Shown here piece after piece: positions 50,154 to 63,414 of a stretch of DNA of 64,000 nt; the first letter of the stretch is position 1; every line of letters starts with the position of its first letter. Source of the stretch: Chrysomallon squamiferum. Lineage: Eukaryota; Animalia; Mollusca. Made by a program: the position numbers and the translations under genes. Location of the stretch: NCBI GenBank assembly GCA_012295275.1, contig CM022674.1:7502001-7566000 (forward strand), given 5' to 3'. The notes under the pieces were generated by a model. It was given only the letters and a program-made list of their open reading frames with translations, was not told where the DNA came from and made no database searches.

Positions 50154-51279
50154 AAAAATACTTCATCAAGGAAGTTAAAATTTATTATTATTATTTTTAT
50201 TGTACGGAAATTAAAAAATAAATTAATTAATTAATTAAAACATAATCAAAAGAAAATAACGGTCACATTAACAATTTACGTGATCATGACTCTTTTAAGA
50301 ACAGTGACAGAAAATCTTCACTGTTAAATACGAGACAAACACTGGGATTGAAAGTATAAAGTATAGTGCATGGGATTATAAGTATAATAATAAAAAGGAT
50401 TCATGAAATATAGAAATGAATATTGTATATAATTATAGAACGGGATGTAGCTTAATAAAGTTGGAGAGTGAATAAAAAAAATGTATTAAGTAAAGAAATG
50501 AATGTGAGATTGCAATGTTAAATACTGAATAGATAATTAAAACGTACAGAAGAAATTAATATGGGATTAAAGAGGATAAAAATAGATATAGGTCTGCATA
50601 GTACAGGCATGAATAGGGGATTATAAACATAGGAATAAAAATGATGTAATAAAGACATTTTTTTTTTACAGATGTATATCCAAGTTAATCAGCGTATGTA
50701 GATTGTATATAGATCAATTACTTTGTATTTGCAAATGAAGATCGCTTTATTCATCTTGAATGTGATGTAACAGAGAGCGATTATACTGAAAACTAATTAG
50801 TGGTTTTTTTATAACAGTGATGTACATAGTAGATAAATCATTTAATCACCTTTAATCTGATTACAATGACAGACAGGACGTTACTAAATATTTCATTAAA
50901 GTTCAGCTAACCGCGTTAGTGTACACAGAGAATGAAGTATTATCGATTACTTTCATTAAATACAGAATCAATTACAGCAACAACAACAGTACTAATGATG
51001 ATGATTATGATGATTTATGAGAGAAATCAAGACACTCGCATTTAAAAAATAACGTAATATAGAATGCGATGACGTTTCGTCTTTATAAATAACACCTAAC
51101 TTAATATGTAACTTAATAATATTTATTTCATAATATGCAGAATTATTAATTTGTTTCTAGCAAGATGTGCATTTTAAAATATACTACTAATAAATGTATG
51201 TACATACATATGTAAACAGTTTGTGTGTGAATTAAAACTAGTGTTTGTTTATAATTTTATGTTGTATTTATATCAGTTG

Positions 51280-51364
<85 letters not shown>

Positions 51365-51744
51365 GCACACATACATCCACCCCCACTGCACACACACACA
51401 AACGTATTTGTTTATCTTAAGTCAGAACTAAATTACTCTTCCTTTCCTTAACAGCCATTAGTGTAACTCTTTAGACTTTTCTAATTTTCTTAAAGGATCT
51501 TTAGGGATGTTTTCCGACATTTTTCAACGCTGTTGTTATGTCAGCACTGGGGATCGTTTCTATAATTAATCGCCTACCTTTTTTTCCAAGAGCAAATATT
51601 ACCACTAAAACGTCTGAAAAATTCGTTTTTCGAAAAGTTTACACGGCTTTCGATTTCCCTAAAGTTCTCTTATAAGAAGATGAACGAGTGGTTGTGACTT
51701 TAGGAAAAAAACGCAGAGCATTATGTAGTAACTGAGCTCCTGCT

Positions 51745-52790
51745 TTGATTTTAGAAAACGTAGCATCGTTTTAGTGAATGTACGTTGTGATTTTAATAAA
51801 TGTAACATCGTTTAACTGAAAGTACGTAGTGATGTTAGAAGATGTAACATCGTGTAACTGATGTACGTTGTGATGTTAGTAGATGTAATATCGTTTAACT
51901 GAATGTACGTTGTGATGTTAGCAGATGTAACATCGTTTAACTGAATGTACGTTGTGATGTTAGAAGGTGTAACATCGTGTAACTGATGTACATTGTGATG
52001 TTAGCAGATGTAACATCGTTTACCTGAATGTACGTTGTGATGTTAGCAGATGTAAGATCGTTTAACTGAATGTACGTTGTGATGTTAGCAGATGTAACAT
52101 CGTTTAACTGATGTACGTTGTGATGTTAGTAGATGTGACATCGTGTAACTGATGTACGTTGTGATGTTAGTAGATGTAACATCGTTTAACTGAATGTACG
52201 TTGTGATGTTAGCAGATGTAACATCGTGTAACTGATGTACGTGTGATGTTAGTAGATGTAACATCGTTTAACTGAATGTAGGTTGTGATTTTAGTAAATG
52301 TAACATCGTTTAACTGAAAGTACGTAGTGATGTTAGAAGATGTAACATCGTGTAACTGATGTACGTTGTGATGTTAGTAGATGTAACATCGTTTAACTGA
52401 TGTACGTTGTGATGTTAGTAGATGTAACATCGTGTAACTGATGTACGTTGTGATGTTAGTAGATGTAACATCGTTTAACTGAATGTACGTTGTGATTTTA
52501 GCAGATGTAACATCGTTTAACTGATGTACGTTGTGATGTTAGCAGATGTAAGATCGTTTAACTGAATGTAGGTTGTGATGTTAGCAGATGTAAGATCGTG
52601 TAACTGATGTACGTGTGATGTTAGTAGATGTAACATCGTTTAACTGAATGTAGGTTGTGATTTTAGTAAATGTAACATCGTTTAACTGAAAGTACGTAGT
52701 GATGTTAGAAGATGTAACATCGTGTAACTGATGTACGTTGTGATGTTAGTAGATGTAACATCGTTTAACTGATGTACGTTGTGATGTTGT
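51745..52790. repeat. 41-42-bp minisatellite, ~25 copies
   Basis: Unit gatgtaacatcgtttaactgaatgtacgttgtgatgttagta. Confidence 0.92.
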
Positions 52791-53083
52791 GATTTTATGC
52801 GGATTCTACGGTTTTAGCATTACAGATAAATCATCATGAAGTACAAAATAAATGAAAATAAATAAACGTAAAAATTTCAAGTTTTACGAGTTTTAACAGA
52901 CTGAGTCGTGCTGCTGTATGTCAGCATACTCGTCGCCAGTGAAATATTTTCTGTTTCAAACACTCGTCTGGTATTTTGCAATATAATACAATCTTAAACT
53001 TAATTAATAAGCTAAAGAACAACAAGAACAACATAATTAAATAACCAAATACAAACAAACAAACACATAATAATAATAAAACA

Positions 53084-53145
<62 letters not shown>

Positions 53146-54004
53146 CCATAAATAAATAAATAAATAAACATACTCATTAATATTCAGTTTTATGAATCGA
53201 CTTTACTGAGGTTCCATGAATTTATTTTCAAGAACAATAAAATGTTGATAAATAATCTGTAAATTTTCTTTATCCCCAGTTAATATTAAAATATATCATT
53301 CATGCCATCCCTTTGACTAGGAAGCACGTGACGTTGTCATGTGACAATGGCTTCAACGAGGTTATATAATGATCACCCACTCATACCCAGTTTAGTTTTG
53401 GGAAGCAAGCAAGTCGTGGTTCAGATACAGATCTAAGACCTTTTTGTTTTCTTTTCCCCCAGTTAAAGGCAACTATTCTATGGCTTTACGCCTCGCTTAA
53501 TATTCTCAATAGCGCAAGCATTTTCATTAAAGTATTCCAGACGACATTTTACCTAGCTCTTCTTTTATATTCAGTTTTTATAGCTATTTATAATCTTGAA
53601 AAACACTGTGTGCAATATGTATGAGTTTTGTTGTTGATATTTTTTCTCTCTCTCGATCCTTCTATCTTGTTTCTATTCCAATAAAAGTAGAAAAGCTTTA
53701 TCACGTTACACCCTAAAGTTTTTATTAGGCGAGTCCATCCCCGCCCTGCACCCGTTCAAACCACCCCAAATGCAATTGTAATACTTGTTAGACCGGTTTA
53801 TTTATTGTGTATTGTGTTCACAGGTCCAATTTTTGATATTCTCATTTTACTTTGTCGTAAAGATATATCAGTGAACCCGTAGATGCTGGTTTTCACTTTG
53901 TAATGCTTGCATGTTCGTTAAACAAATGTTCAGCGCTCAGGGTAGACATCTATCATAATAGTGTATGTAGTGGTCAATTTTTAAAGGAATAAACGTGTTT
54001 ACAG

Positions 54005-56303
54005 ATGGACGAGTTCAGAAAATATCTGCTGTGTGTTATCATCGTCTGTGCTTTGATTACACTGCGAACAACAACAGGTAAGTATTTGTTAGTAATACAC
54101 AGTTGTCACATTGTTTTGGCATTTTCAGTTTTTATGGACAAATAATAGATATTGTAATAATGTGTTAAAAATAATTCAGTGGATATGAGATATATTTTTC
54201 GTTCTTTTTTTTTTTTTTTTTCAAAATTTGAGGAAGAAGTAAAACTTATTTAATTATATTTATGTTAGTAATATCTTATTTATTATTATTGTTACTACTA
54301 CTAAATTTTATTATTGAAATTATCTGGCAAAAACCAAAAGTGGATTCTGTCTTTTATTATGTTATAAATATTGATACAGAACCCATTTTTAAATATATAT
54401 ATATATATAATTATTGTCTAAATATATATTGCATGTCAAACCTTGTTTGTCACCAAGTACAAATATGTACTTTCAAAAATTTTAAAAAATAAATAAATAA
54501 ATAAATAAATAAAATAAAATGTATAAATAAAACAAAATAAATAAAACGTTAATTAAACGCTTTTCTCATCTGAAGATATTATCGGTTAATTAAAGTTAAA
54601 AATATTCAAAATTAAAACAATTTCGTGTTTATTAAAAACAGTATTTCTGTTGCAGATTTTAAATAATAAACAATACCTCCCAAAAAAATAAACCAAAAAC
54701 AAACACAACAACTAATACCTAAATAAACAACAATGACAACAATAACAACAGTATCAACCACAACAACATCAGTAATAATAATAACAACAACAATAAAAGT
54801 AATATTTTTATTATTGTTTTTACAGGTTATAGCGCTTGTTCGGACCAAATAAAAGATTACCCAGGTAATAATATTTCTTTATTAATTTATTTATTTTTAT
54901 ATTTTGTTCTCCTACTACTTCTTCTCTCTTTTTTCTTTTTTTTCTCCACACCTCCTCCTTTTTCTTCAGGTTTCAGTTGCGCAATACGATATGAAAGCAG
55001 TTTCTATGTGACGTCAGTAGAGGTTGGTTTGCATAGATTACTGTGTTTGTGATTTGCGAAACTTGCGTATTATGAAAAGCCACCAAAGCGGCTACTTTTA
55101 TATAAGATAAAAAAAAAAAAAAACAAAACAAAACAAAACAAACAAACAAACAAAACAAAACAAAACAAAACAAAACAAAAAGAAAGAAAGAAAAGAAAAA
55201 AGGGCGAAACGAAGAAAAAAAGAAAAAGATAATCAGTTATATATGAAAAAAAAAGAAGTTGACAGCAGAAAGTAGTAGTAATATAAGATACATGATCTTA
55301 GCTAATATGTGACATATTTTAATATCGCTGTGAAATAGAAATAAAATGTGGAAAAATTAATTCTATTATTTTTATTATCTGTCTTTATGTATGACATGCG
55401 ATACATGAAATCTTCAAGCACGAGGATAAACCTAGAACGAAACAAAGACGATCAATTTTATATGCATACGTGCGTTATTGAATAAAAAATTGTTTTCTTC
55501 TTTGTATTTCTTCATATTTTATTCATATTAATTATTTAATTTATTTATTTATTATCATTATTTTCCAGTTCTAAACATGTGCAAAAGCTCTTCCCAGGTA
55601 CAGAACGGACGTCTCTTTCTAGATGTGTTTTCCAGTGTGAGGACAAACTCTCGCTGTTTCTGTTATCTCACTGCTGTTGGAAACGTTGAAATCGGGTTTG
55701 ATCACGTAATCGTTTCTGGAAACCCATGTGTATCAAAACTGACTTTGTACAGTAATATAATCGGTGAATATTCGTTTTCATGTCTCAGCGATAATTCAAC
55801 ATTGACAATGAAAGGAAAGGATTATACGATGATGCTCTTATTCACGACTAATCGAGCAAAGACAGATTCAGCGTATTGTTTACAAATCTACCAGAAACAG
55901 GGAACAGGTATTGTATTGTAACTCTAACCAAAATAAATAATTTAAAAAATAAATAAATAAATGAATATATAAATAAAATAAAATAAAATAAAATATTAAA
56001 AAAGAAAGAAAGAAAATTAATTAATTAAAAGAAAAATAAAGAAAAACAATGATCTGCAAGGACATGCGATCTGATTTATGACGTAAAATGGCGTAGTTTC
56101 CGTTGTGCACGTCGGTTTATAAAATTTATTTCAAAAATATAAATCTTTCTACCAAATTCTACCACTGTTACTACTATTAAGACAACAGCTGCTAATATAA
56201 CTACATCTACTACCGTACTAACAATATAACTATATCTACTACTGCAACTATTACCACAACTAATATACTACTATAACTACAACAACCACTACTGCTACAA
56301 CAA

Positions 56304-56361
<58 letters not shown>

Positions 56362-59288
56362 AAAGCAAAATATGGAAATGTCTAAAAATAAATCATAATG
56401 CTTATTTAATTTAACCAGACTTTAGAAGATGTTTTAAAGTTTGTAAAATATTTTCACTTGAGGTGTTCAACAAAGGTCTCTAGGTACAAGGCAAAGTTCC
56501 ACAGTTTTCTGAGAGCGCGTGCGATACTGTCACAAATATATAGAGACACAAACATACACATACACATATATAGAGACACACACATACATCTGAATACAAA
56601 ATTATTGTGCAAGCTGGCAAACCAAATTTTATTGTTAATTTTTAAAATTAATTTTGCAGTCTCAAATTATTTTGTTTGTTTCAAATTTCTCAGGATTTTT
56701 TCCTCCCTCTATTTTCGTTTCTTTTAGTTCTATTGTATTATTATTATTTATTTATTTTTTTTAATTTCCTAGCAAAATATATATATTTATTTTTAAAACT
56801 AGTGTTATAAATTTAGAACTACAAAATGGTCAGCGGAGCGCGAAAAAAAAAAAAATAATAATAATAAAAAAATAAAATGCGTAAAGTGAAGCGTGATAAA
56901 TATGTTAAATTCACTGAATCGTGAAAAATGTGTGACACCTCATTACCTGTGTCTCTTCACGTTCATTATAGGTTAACAGAAAAGTAAAATTTATTCTTAA
57001 ATGTAGAAAACGTAACTTATGATATAAATAAAACCTTTTTTACAAGTTTGTAGTTATAGGTAAAAATTAACTGAAATATTTTCCATACTTCCGAGTTTTT
57101 ATAATTAGCATTTTATCAAAACACTCCTGAAGTTTTTATAATTTGTTGTTTTCTGTGATGAATCCAAAGCTTTTTTGTGTGTGCTGTTTGTGTTTTTCTT
57201 GATTTCAACAACTAACGGTAGTTGTAGTAGTAATAGCTACAATAAAAGTAGTGACTATTGAAATAATAATAAAAATAATATTAACAGTAAATAAATAAAT
57301 AACGAAAAGAAAATTAACATGGACAGTTTAACTATTGGTTTGGCACGCTATGTTTGGGCTTGTATGCTTGTACTTACAACATATGATGAATGACGTTATG
57401 AATACACGTGGAAACTGTAATAACAGAAATATACATGCTCAGTGTCAGCTAACCTACAGTTTCTTTTCGGTTACGTTTGTATGTCGCATGGATTGTTAGC
57501 AAATGAATGAAATTAAACCATCGCCATAAAAGGGGATACAACTCTTACTTAATATATTTTCAGAGCGTTCTGATTGGTTCGATAAGTCTGCAGCTTGTCG
57601 TGGATATTAGGACTAACAAGAGCATTGTATAAAAGTTAAATAATTAAAACTTATTTGTAAAAATAAAAATATCTCGTTCGATACCAAAATTAGTACAGAC
57701 CGTTTAATATTTTCCATCTTACTTCAGGAACATTAATTTGATTAATTATGACGTCATGCGAAGTAATTAACATAGACTGATAAATAAATGATTAATGCAT
57801 GTTTATCTGATGATGTCAGACTTTGTACCTATGACTACGTCAGACAATGTAGAGACTTCTAGTAAATACGTAATTGTAATAATTAATACGAAACCGTTTT
57901 TTTTTACTTACAGAGACCAAACGTGGGTTACGTCATCTAGTATTAATCTATTTTTAAATTATGCAGACATGTTTTTCTACTTACTAGTACCAGTTTAGCT
58001 TCTGTCTAAAACATTTTTAAAATTCTTCGCTTATGAATGCAGCTAGTATTCATTTTGTGTCGAACGTTTTTGTTTTGTAACTGTATACACAGATAGACAG
58101 AAATAAGCAAACACGTCTACGTGCTGTGTTTTGCATATTGTATAGTTCGATATGTGAATAGTATGTCGTTATTTGTATGTGTAATGTGTATGTGTTGTAT
58201 GTGTTTGTGTTATTATAGGTAGGTTTCTGTTTTGTGTATTATATCGTTTTGTATTGCATGTGTTAGTTTAATTCATGGCTTATAATGTATCGAATATCTG
58301 TGTACGTTGTATACGTACGTATTGTATGTGTCGTGTTCTGTGTCGTGTGGTGTTGTGTATTGTGAATGTGTTGGGTTGTGTTTGTCGTATATTGTGAATG
58401 TGTTGCATTTCATGTGGTACTGGGTATAGTGTATTGTGTTGTATATGTGCTCTATGTTTACGTTGTATCTAAATTGTCTTGAGCATTGCTTTGTATATTG
58501 TATATATGTGTTGTGTTGTCTATATGTTGTGTCTGTGTGCTTGTGTGTGTGTGTTGTGTATATGTTGTTCCGTGTATTGTTTCCGTTGTACATGTTATAT
58601 ATGTTGTTTGCTGTCTGTGTTTTGCGTGTTGTATCTCTGTATTGTGGGGTGTGTTGTATGTATTGTGCATGTGTTGTGTGTGTTGTATGTATTGAGTATC
58701 TGCTGTATGTTGTTTCTAGTGTATGGTGTGCATGTTAAGTCTGTGTATTGTGGTATGTGATATATATATATATATGTGTTGTATGTGTTGTGTATGTGTT
58801 GTTTATGTGTCGTGTCTCTGTTGTGTATGTTATGTTTGCAGATATTATATTTATTTAACAGGTTCTCTTCGACTGCAGTGTTATGAACCGACGATTGTGA
58901 ACATAACAACGACATCAACTACGATAACCTCAACTGTTCCGACAACATCGACTCCGACTACAATTCCGACAACACCGACACCGACTACAGCTCCAACAAC
59001 ACCGACACCTTCAACAGCTGCAACAACACCAACACCTTCTACAGCTGCAACAACACCGACACCTTCTACAGTTCCATCAACGCCGACATCAACTGCAACA
59101 GAAACACCATCTACAGATCCCACAAAACCGAACCAGATACACTTCAAACTACAACTTTGACAACACCTGGAACAACGAAACCTTCAGAAGAACAACCAGT
59201 TTCAGAAGATTCGTTTCCAGGTAATATCAATAACAATAACAAATAACAAACAATAACAATAATAACGACAACACACTAATAATAATTG

Positions 59289-59320
<32 letters not shown>

Positions 59321-60994
59321 GTCGTTATTGTTGTTGTTGTTGTTGTTGCTTTTGTTCTTGCTCTTTTTGCCTTTATTCTTGCTGCTGCTGCCTTTTGTTT
59401 TGCTGTTGTTGATGATGTTGTTGTTGTTTCAGAGAAGGCAGCTATTATAGGCGGTGTAGCAGGAGGACTGATTCTGCTGGCTTTGATTCTGGCGATCATC
59501 TTCGGCAGATGGTAATTACAAACCATTTCCAATACTACTACTACAGTGACGTCAGCTACGACTACTGCTACTTCTATCTATGTTACTAACAGCACTGTTT
59601 ACACTACTTCAATTAACTATTGTTATTCATTATTATTACTATTAATAATGTTTATTAAATTAATAATGTTTATACAATATTACTGCTGCAACTATTACTA
59701 ATAGCTCTCCTGTTACTAGGATTGCTATCACTACTGCAGTTATTACTAATATTAATAATAAAATAATTATTAATGTCACCAGCGCTAATATTTCTGTAAT
59801 GATTGCCTGTGCTATACTTTAGCGTGATACTTTCGCTATATGACAGTGAATTCTATATGTCATACCACAGTAACGTGTATTTCATTATCACTATTACCTA
59901 TATTTTTATGTTATTGTTACTACACTACTGCTACTACTCTACTACTACTACCGCTACAGCTCTTGCTGCATCTACTACAGCTGTTGCTGGATCTACTACA
60001 GCTACTACTATTGTTTTTATGTAACTAAATGATATATCGAGATAATAGGCTATATAAACCTGTTTACATTTATATACACGTTTGAAGAAATACTCTGAAT
60101 ATATTTTGCATACTTCCAAGTTATACTGGTGTTGGGTTTTTCGAAGGGGGATTGTGTGAGTTGTTTGTTGTTGTTTTTTTTGTTGTTTTTTTAACTATAA
60201 CGAAATATAGCAACAATACAGTGAAGTCTGTTGTCATTCATTCGATTTATGCACAGGAATCGGAAACTAATACTTGCAGTCTTAATAACAATAATAATTA
60301 TTAAAATTAAAATAATGGTTCGTTATTTCAGTCGCAGAGAGAAACATCCTTATGAACACTACGACAACAACAACGCCAGCAACTTTGACTCTAGCAGAAC
60401 TCTCACCCCCGTTTCTTCCGATTATGTAGAAAGCGGAATAGCTGGTGCGCCAGTTTTAGGAAAAACACAGACCGACATACAATATGTTGAATGTCTATCA
60501 GTCGGAGAGGACGAGGAAAAGTCACCGGATCCTGCCGAAGTTGAACGGAAACTGGAACCTCAAAAACCTCCTGTAGAAATTGTCGACTTTCCCGCAGAGG
60601 GAAAGAATACAGTGACAGAGACACAGACAGCTGTAAATCCAATGTTTGTTTCGGAAAACAAAGGTGAAAATGATGCTCTGTACACAACTGTTGACAAGTC
60701 CAGAAATGGAAATGGAAATGGAAAAAAATTAACGTGCTAATCGGAGAACATTTTTATACGAAATTACTGCTGAATAACGAGCCGAACGAAAGTGCTTCGG
60801 GTATAGTGGACCAATCAGAACAACGACTTGAACAAGAGCAAGTCATGGACAACCAATCAGAAGGACGAACTGAACAAGAGCAGGTCATGGACAACCAATC
60901 AAAAGGCGAAGTTAACACAGACGTGGGTAGATACGACGGTTTCTACAGCTCGGTTGATCAAACTGGGGATCACCATAATATGCAGAATTATTAA
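54005..60994 (+). pseudogene. Copy B of the type-I receptor, disrupted. Exons: 54005-54077, 54826-54864, 54970-55026, 55569-55907, 58862-59220, 59433-59511, 60332-~60994
   Basis: 1-nt deletion at ~59131 (ccgaacc vs ccgaaacc in A) gives TGA at 59158-59160; insertion at ~60706-60741 with in-frame TAA at 60738-60740; ~1.4-kb deletion after 60972 removes the original stop codon. Confidence 0.75.
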
Positions 60995-61126
60995 TTTGTT
61001 TCTAGCAAGAAGCGCATTTTAAAATATACTACTAATAAATGTATGTACATACATATGTAAACAGTTTGTGTGTGAATTAAAACTACAGTGTTTGTTTATA
61101 ATTTTATGTTGTATTTATATCACTTG

Positions 61127-61212
<86 letters not shown>

Positions 61213-61236
61213 TAGAGCCCCCCCAGCCACCCCACA

Positions 61237-61279
<43 letters not shown>

Positions 61280-61639
61280 TACACACAAACGTATTTATTG
61301 ATCTCAAAGTCAGAACTAAATTATTGTTCCTTTCCTTAACAGCCATTAGTGTAACTCTTTAGACTTTTCTAATTTTCTTAAAGGATCTTTAGGGATGTTT
61401 TCCGACATTTTTCAACGCTGTTGTTATGTCAGCACTGGGGATCGTTTCTGTAATTAATCGCCTACCTTTTTTTCCAAGAGCAAATATTACCACTAAAACG
61501 TCTGAAAAATTCGTTTTTCGAAAAGTTTACTCGGCTTTCGATTTCCCTAAAGTTCTCTTATAAGAAGATGAACGAGTGGTTGTGACTTTAGGAAAAAAAC
61601 AGCAGAGCATTATGTAGTAACTGAGCTCCTGCTTTGATT

Positions 61640-61912
61640 TTAGAAAACGTAGCATCGTATTACTGAATGCACGTTGTGATGTTAGAAGATGTAGCATCGT
61701 TTAGCTGAATGTACGTTGTGATTTTAGTAAATGTAACATCGTTTAACTGAAAGTACGTAGTGATGTTAGAAGATGTAACATCGTGTAACTGATGTACGTT
61801 GTGATGTTAGTAAATGTAACATCGTTTAGCTGAATGTACGTTGTGATTTTAGTAAATGTTACATCGTGTAACTGAATGTACTTTGTGATATTACAACTGT
61901 AACATCGTGTAT
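61640..61912. repeat. Paralogous 42-bp minisatellite, ~6 copies
   Basis: Same unit as 51745-52790. Confidence 0.88.
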
Positions 61913-62767
61913 TGTAATTTTTTCTTTTTCTTTCTTTTAAAATATAGTAATTTTATTATTGTTATTATTATTATTATTATTTTATGCGGATTCTACGGCT
62001 TTAGCATATCAGATCATGCATCATGAAGTACAAAATAAATGAAAATAAATAAACGTAAAGAGTTCAGGTTTTATGAGTTTTAACAGACTGAGTCGTTCTG
62101 CTGTATGTCAGTCAGCATACTTGTCGCCAGTGAAATATTTTCTGTTTCAAACACACGTTTGGTATTTTGCAATATAATACAATCTTAAACTTAATTAATA
62201 AGCTAAAGAACAACAAGAACAACAAAATAAATAACCAAATACAAACAAACAAACAACAACAACAACAATAAAACCATAAATAAATAAATAAATAAACGTA
62301 TTCATTAATATTCACTTTTATGAATCGATTCTACTGAGGTTCAATGAATTTATTTCAAGAACAATAAAAAGTTGATAAATAATCTGTATATTTTCTTTAT
62401 CCCAGTTAATATTAAAATATATCATTCATGCCATCCCTTTGACTAGTAATATGAACCAGGAAGCACGTGACGTTGTCGTGACAATGGCTTCAACGAGGTT
62501 AAACCAAATTCATCAGTTTACAGATTACCACTTGACCACAATTTGTATTTTCTTCCTTAATTTCTGATGTTAATATCTGAGAAATTTCTGCATAGCATAA
62601 AACAATATTTAAAAAAAATACAATGAAAGTAAAACACTTATTTTAAAATAACATCTTTCTTTTCTTTTATTAATACAGTTCTGATAATATTTAAACATTT
62701 ATGGGTCAGAGTGTGAAATAAATAAATCTGCATATCAAATCATTTTAAAAAGTTAATAATAATAATA

Positions 62768-62804
<37 letters not shown>

Positions 62805-62917
62805 CCTTTATAGTATTTAATATTGGTATACAAACACAGATCTGTAAATAAACGACAAATAGCAAATACATAATTTTTACACAAATATGCTAGCCAGTGT
62901 ACAAGTGTTTCAAAATG

Positions 62918-63349
62918 CTAATAACGGGAATTTCGTATAGCATATAAACAGTAGTTATAAGCTCGCAACCTTGCCAGGGTCGAAGTACAAGCTCTAAGTT
63001 TACATGCAGCAGAAAACCGCCTGGGAGCCTGTTGTCTGCACAATCGACAGACAATGGCGCAACTAAAGCTGTTAAACTGTAAATTCGTATTTTGTTGGCG
63101 TTTCATTGGAGATTTCATATACATTTTACTCGCGTAAAAGTCTAGATTTAGTTTCCTCAAATTAATTTCTGCCTGTTTTTCTGCGTCATTAACCATATCC
63201 CGCAATGCGACGTCAGATAGTCTTGATTGTCCAGTTACACTTCCTGCGAGTAGTCTTGATTTTTCTAGGTCGACGAAATCCGGTCTTGACTTTGTCCTGG
63301 TTACCCACTGACAGACAAGCAGACATACAAGACTGAGAACAAAAGTCAT
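62918..63349 (-). CDS. Secreted cysteine-rich prepropeptide (neuropeptide/hormone-like), ~143 aa
   Basis: Acceptor tttcag|A ATG at 63350; hydrophobic signal MTFVLSLVCLLVCQWVTRTKS; propeptide; dibasic KR; mature QQNT... with C-x3-C-x2-C-x11-C-x4-C-x12-C; stop at 62918-62920. Confidence 0.75.
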   Translation of the reverse strand: MTFVLSLVCLLVCQWVTRTKSRPDFVDLEKSRLLAGSVTGQSRLSDVALRDMVNDAEKQAEINLRKLNLDFYASKMYMKSPMKRQQNTNLQFNSFSCAIVCRLCRQQAPRRFSAACKLRACTSTLARLRAYNYCLYAIRNSRY

Positions 63350-63375
63350 TCTGAAAGACAAATAGAAAAAAAGGA

Positions 63376-63414
<39 letters not shown>

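Larger units (their letters stand above)
41295..62501 (+). repeat. Tandem segmental duplication: unit A 41295-53361, unit B 53362-62501
   Basis: Collinear, near-identical sequence. Junction gagg-TTA-tataatgatc at 53362-53364 joins the end of the unit (gaggTTAaacc at 62499) to its start (caTTAtataatgatc at 41295). Confidence 0.93.
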
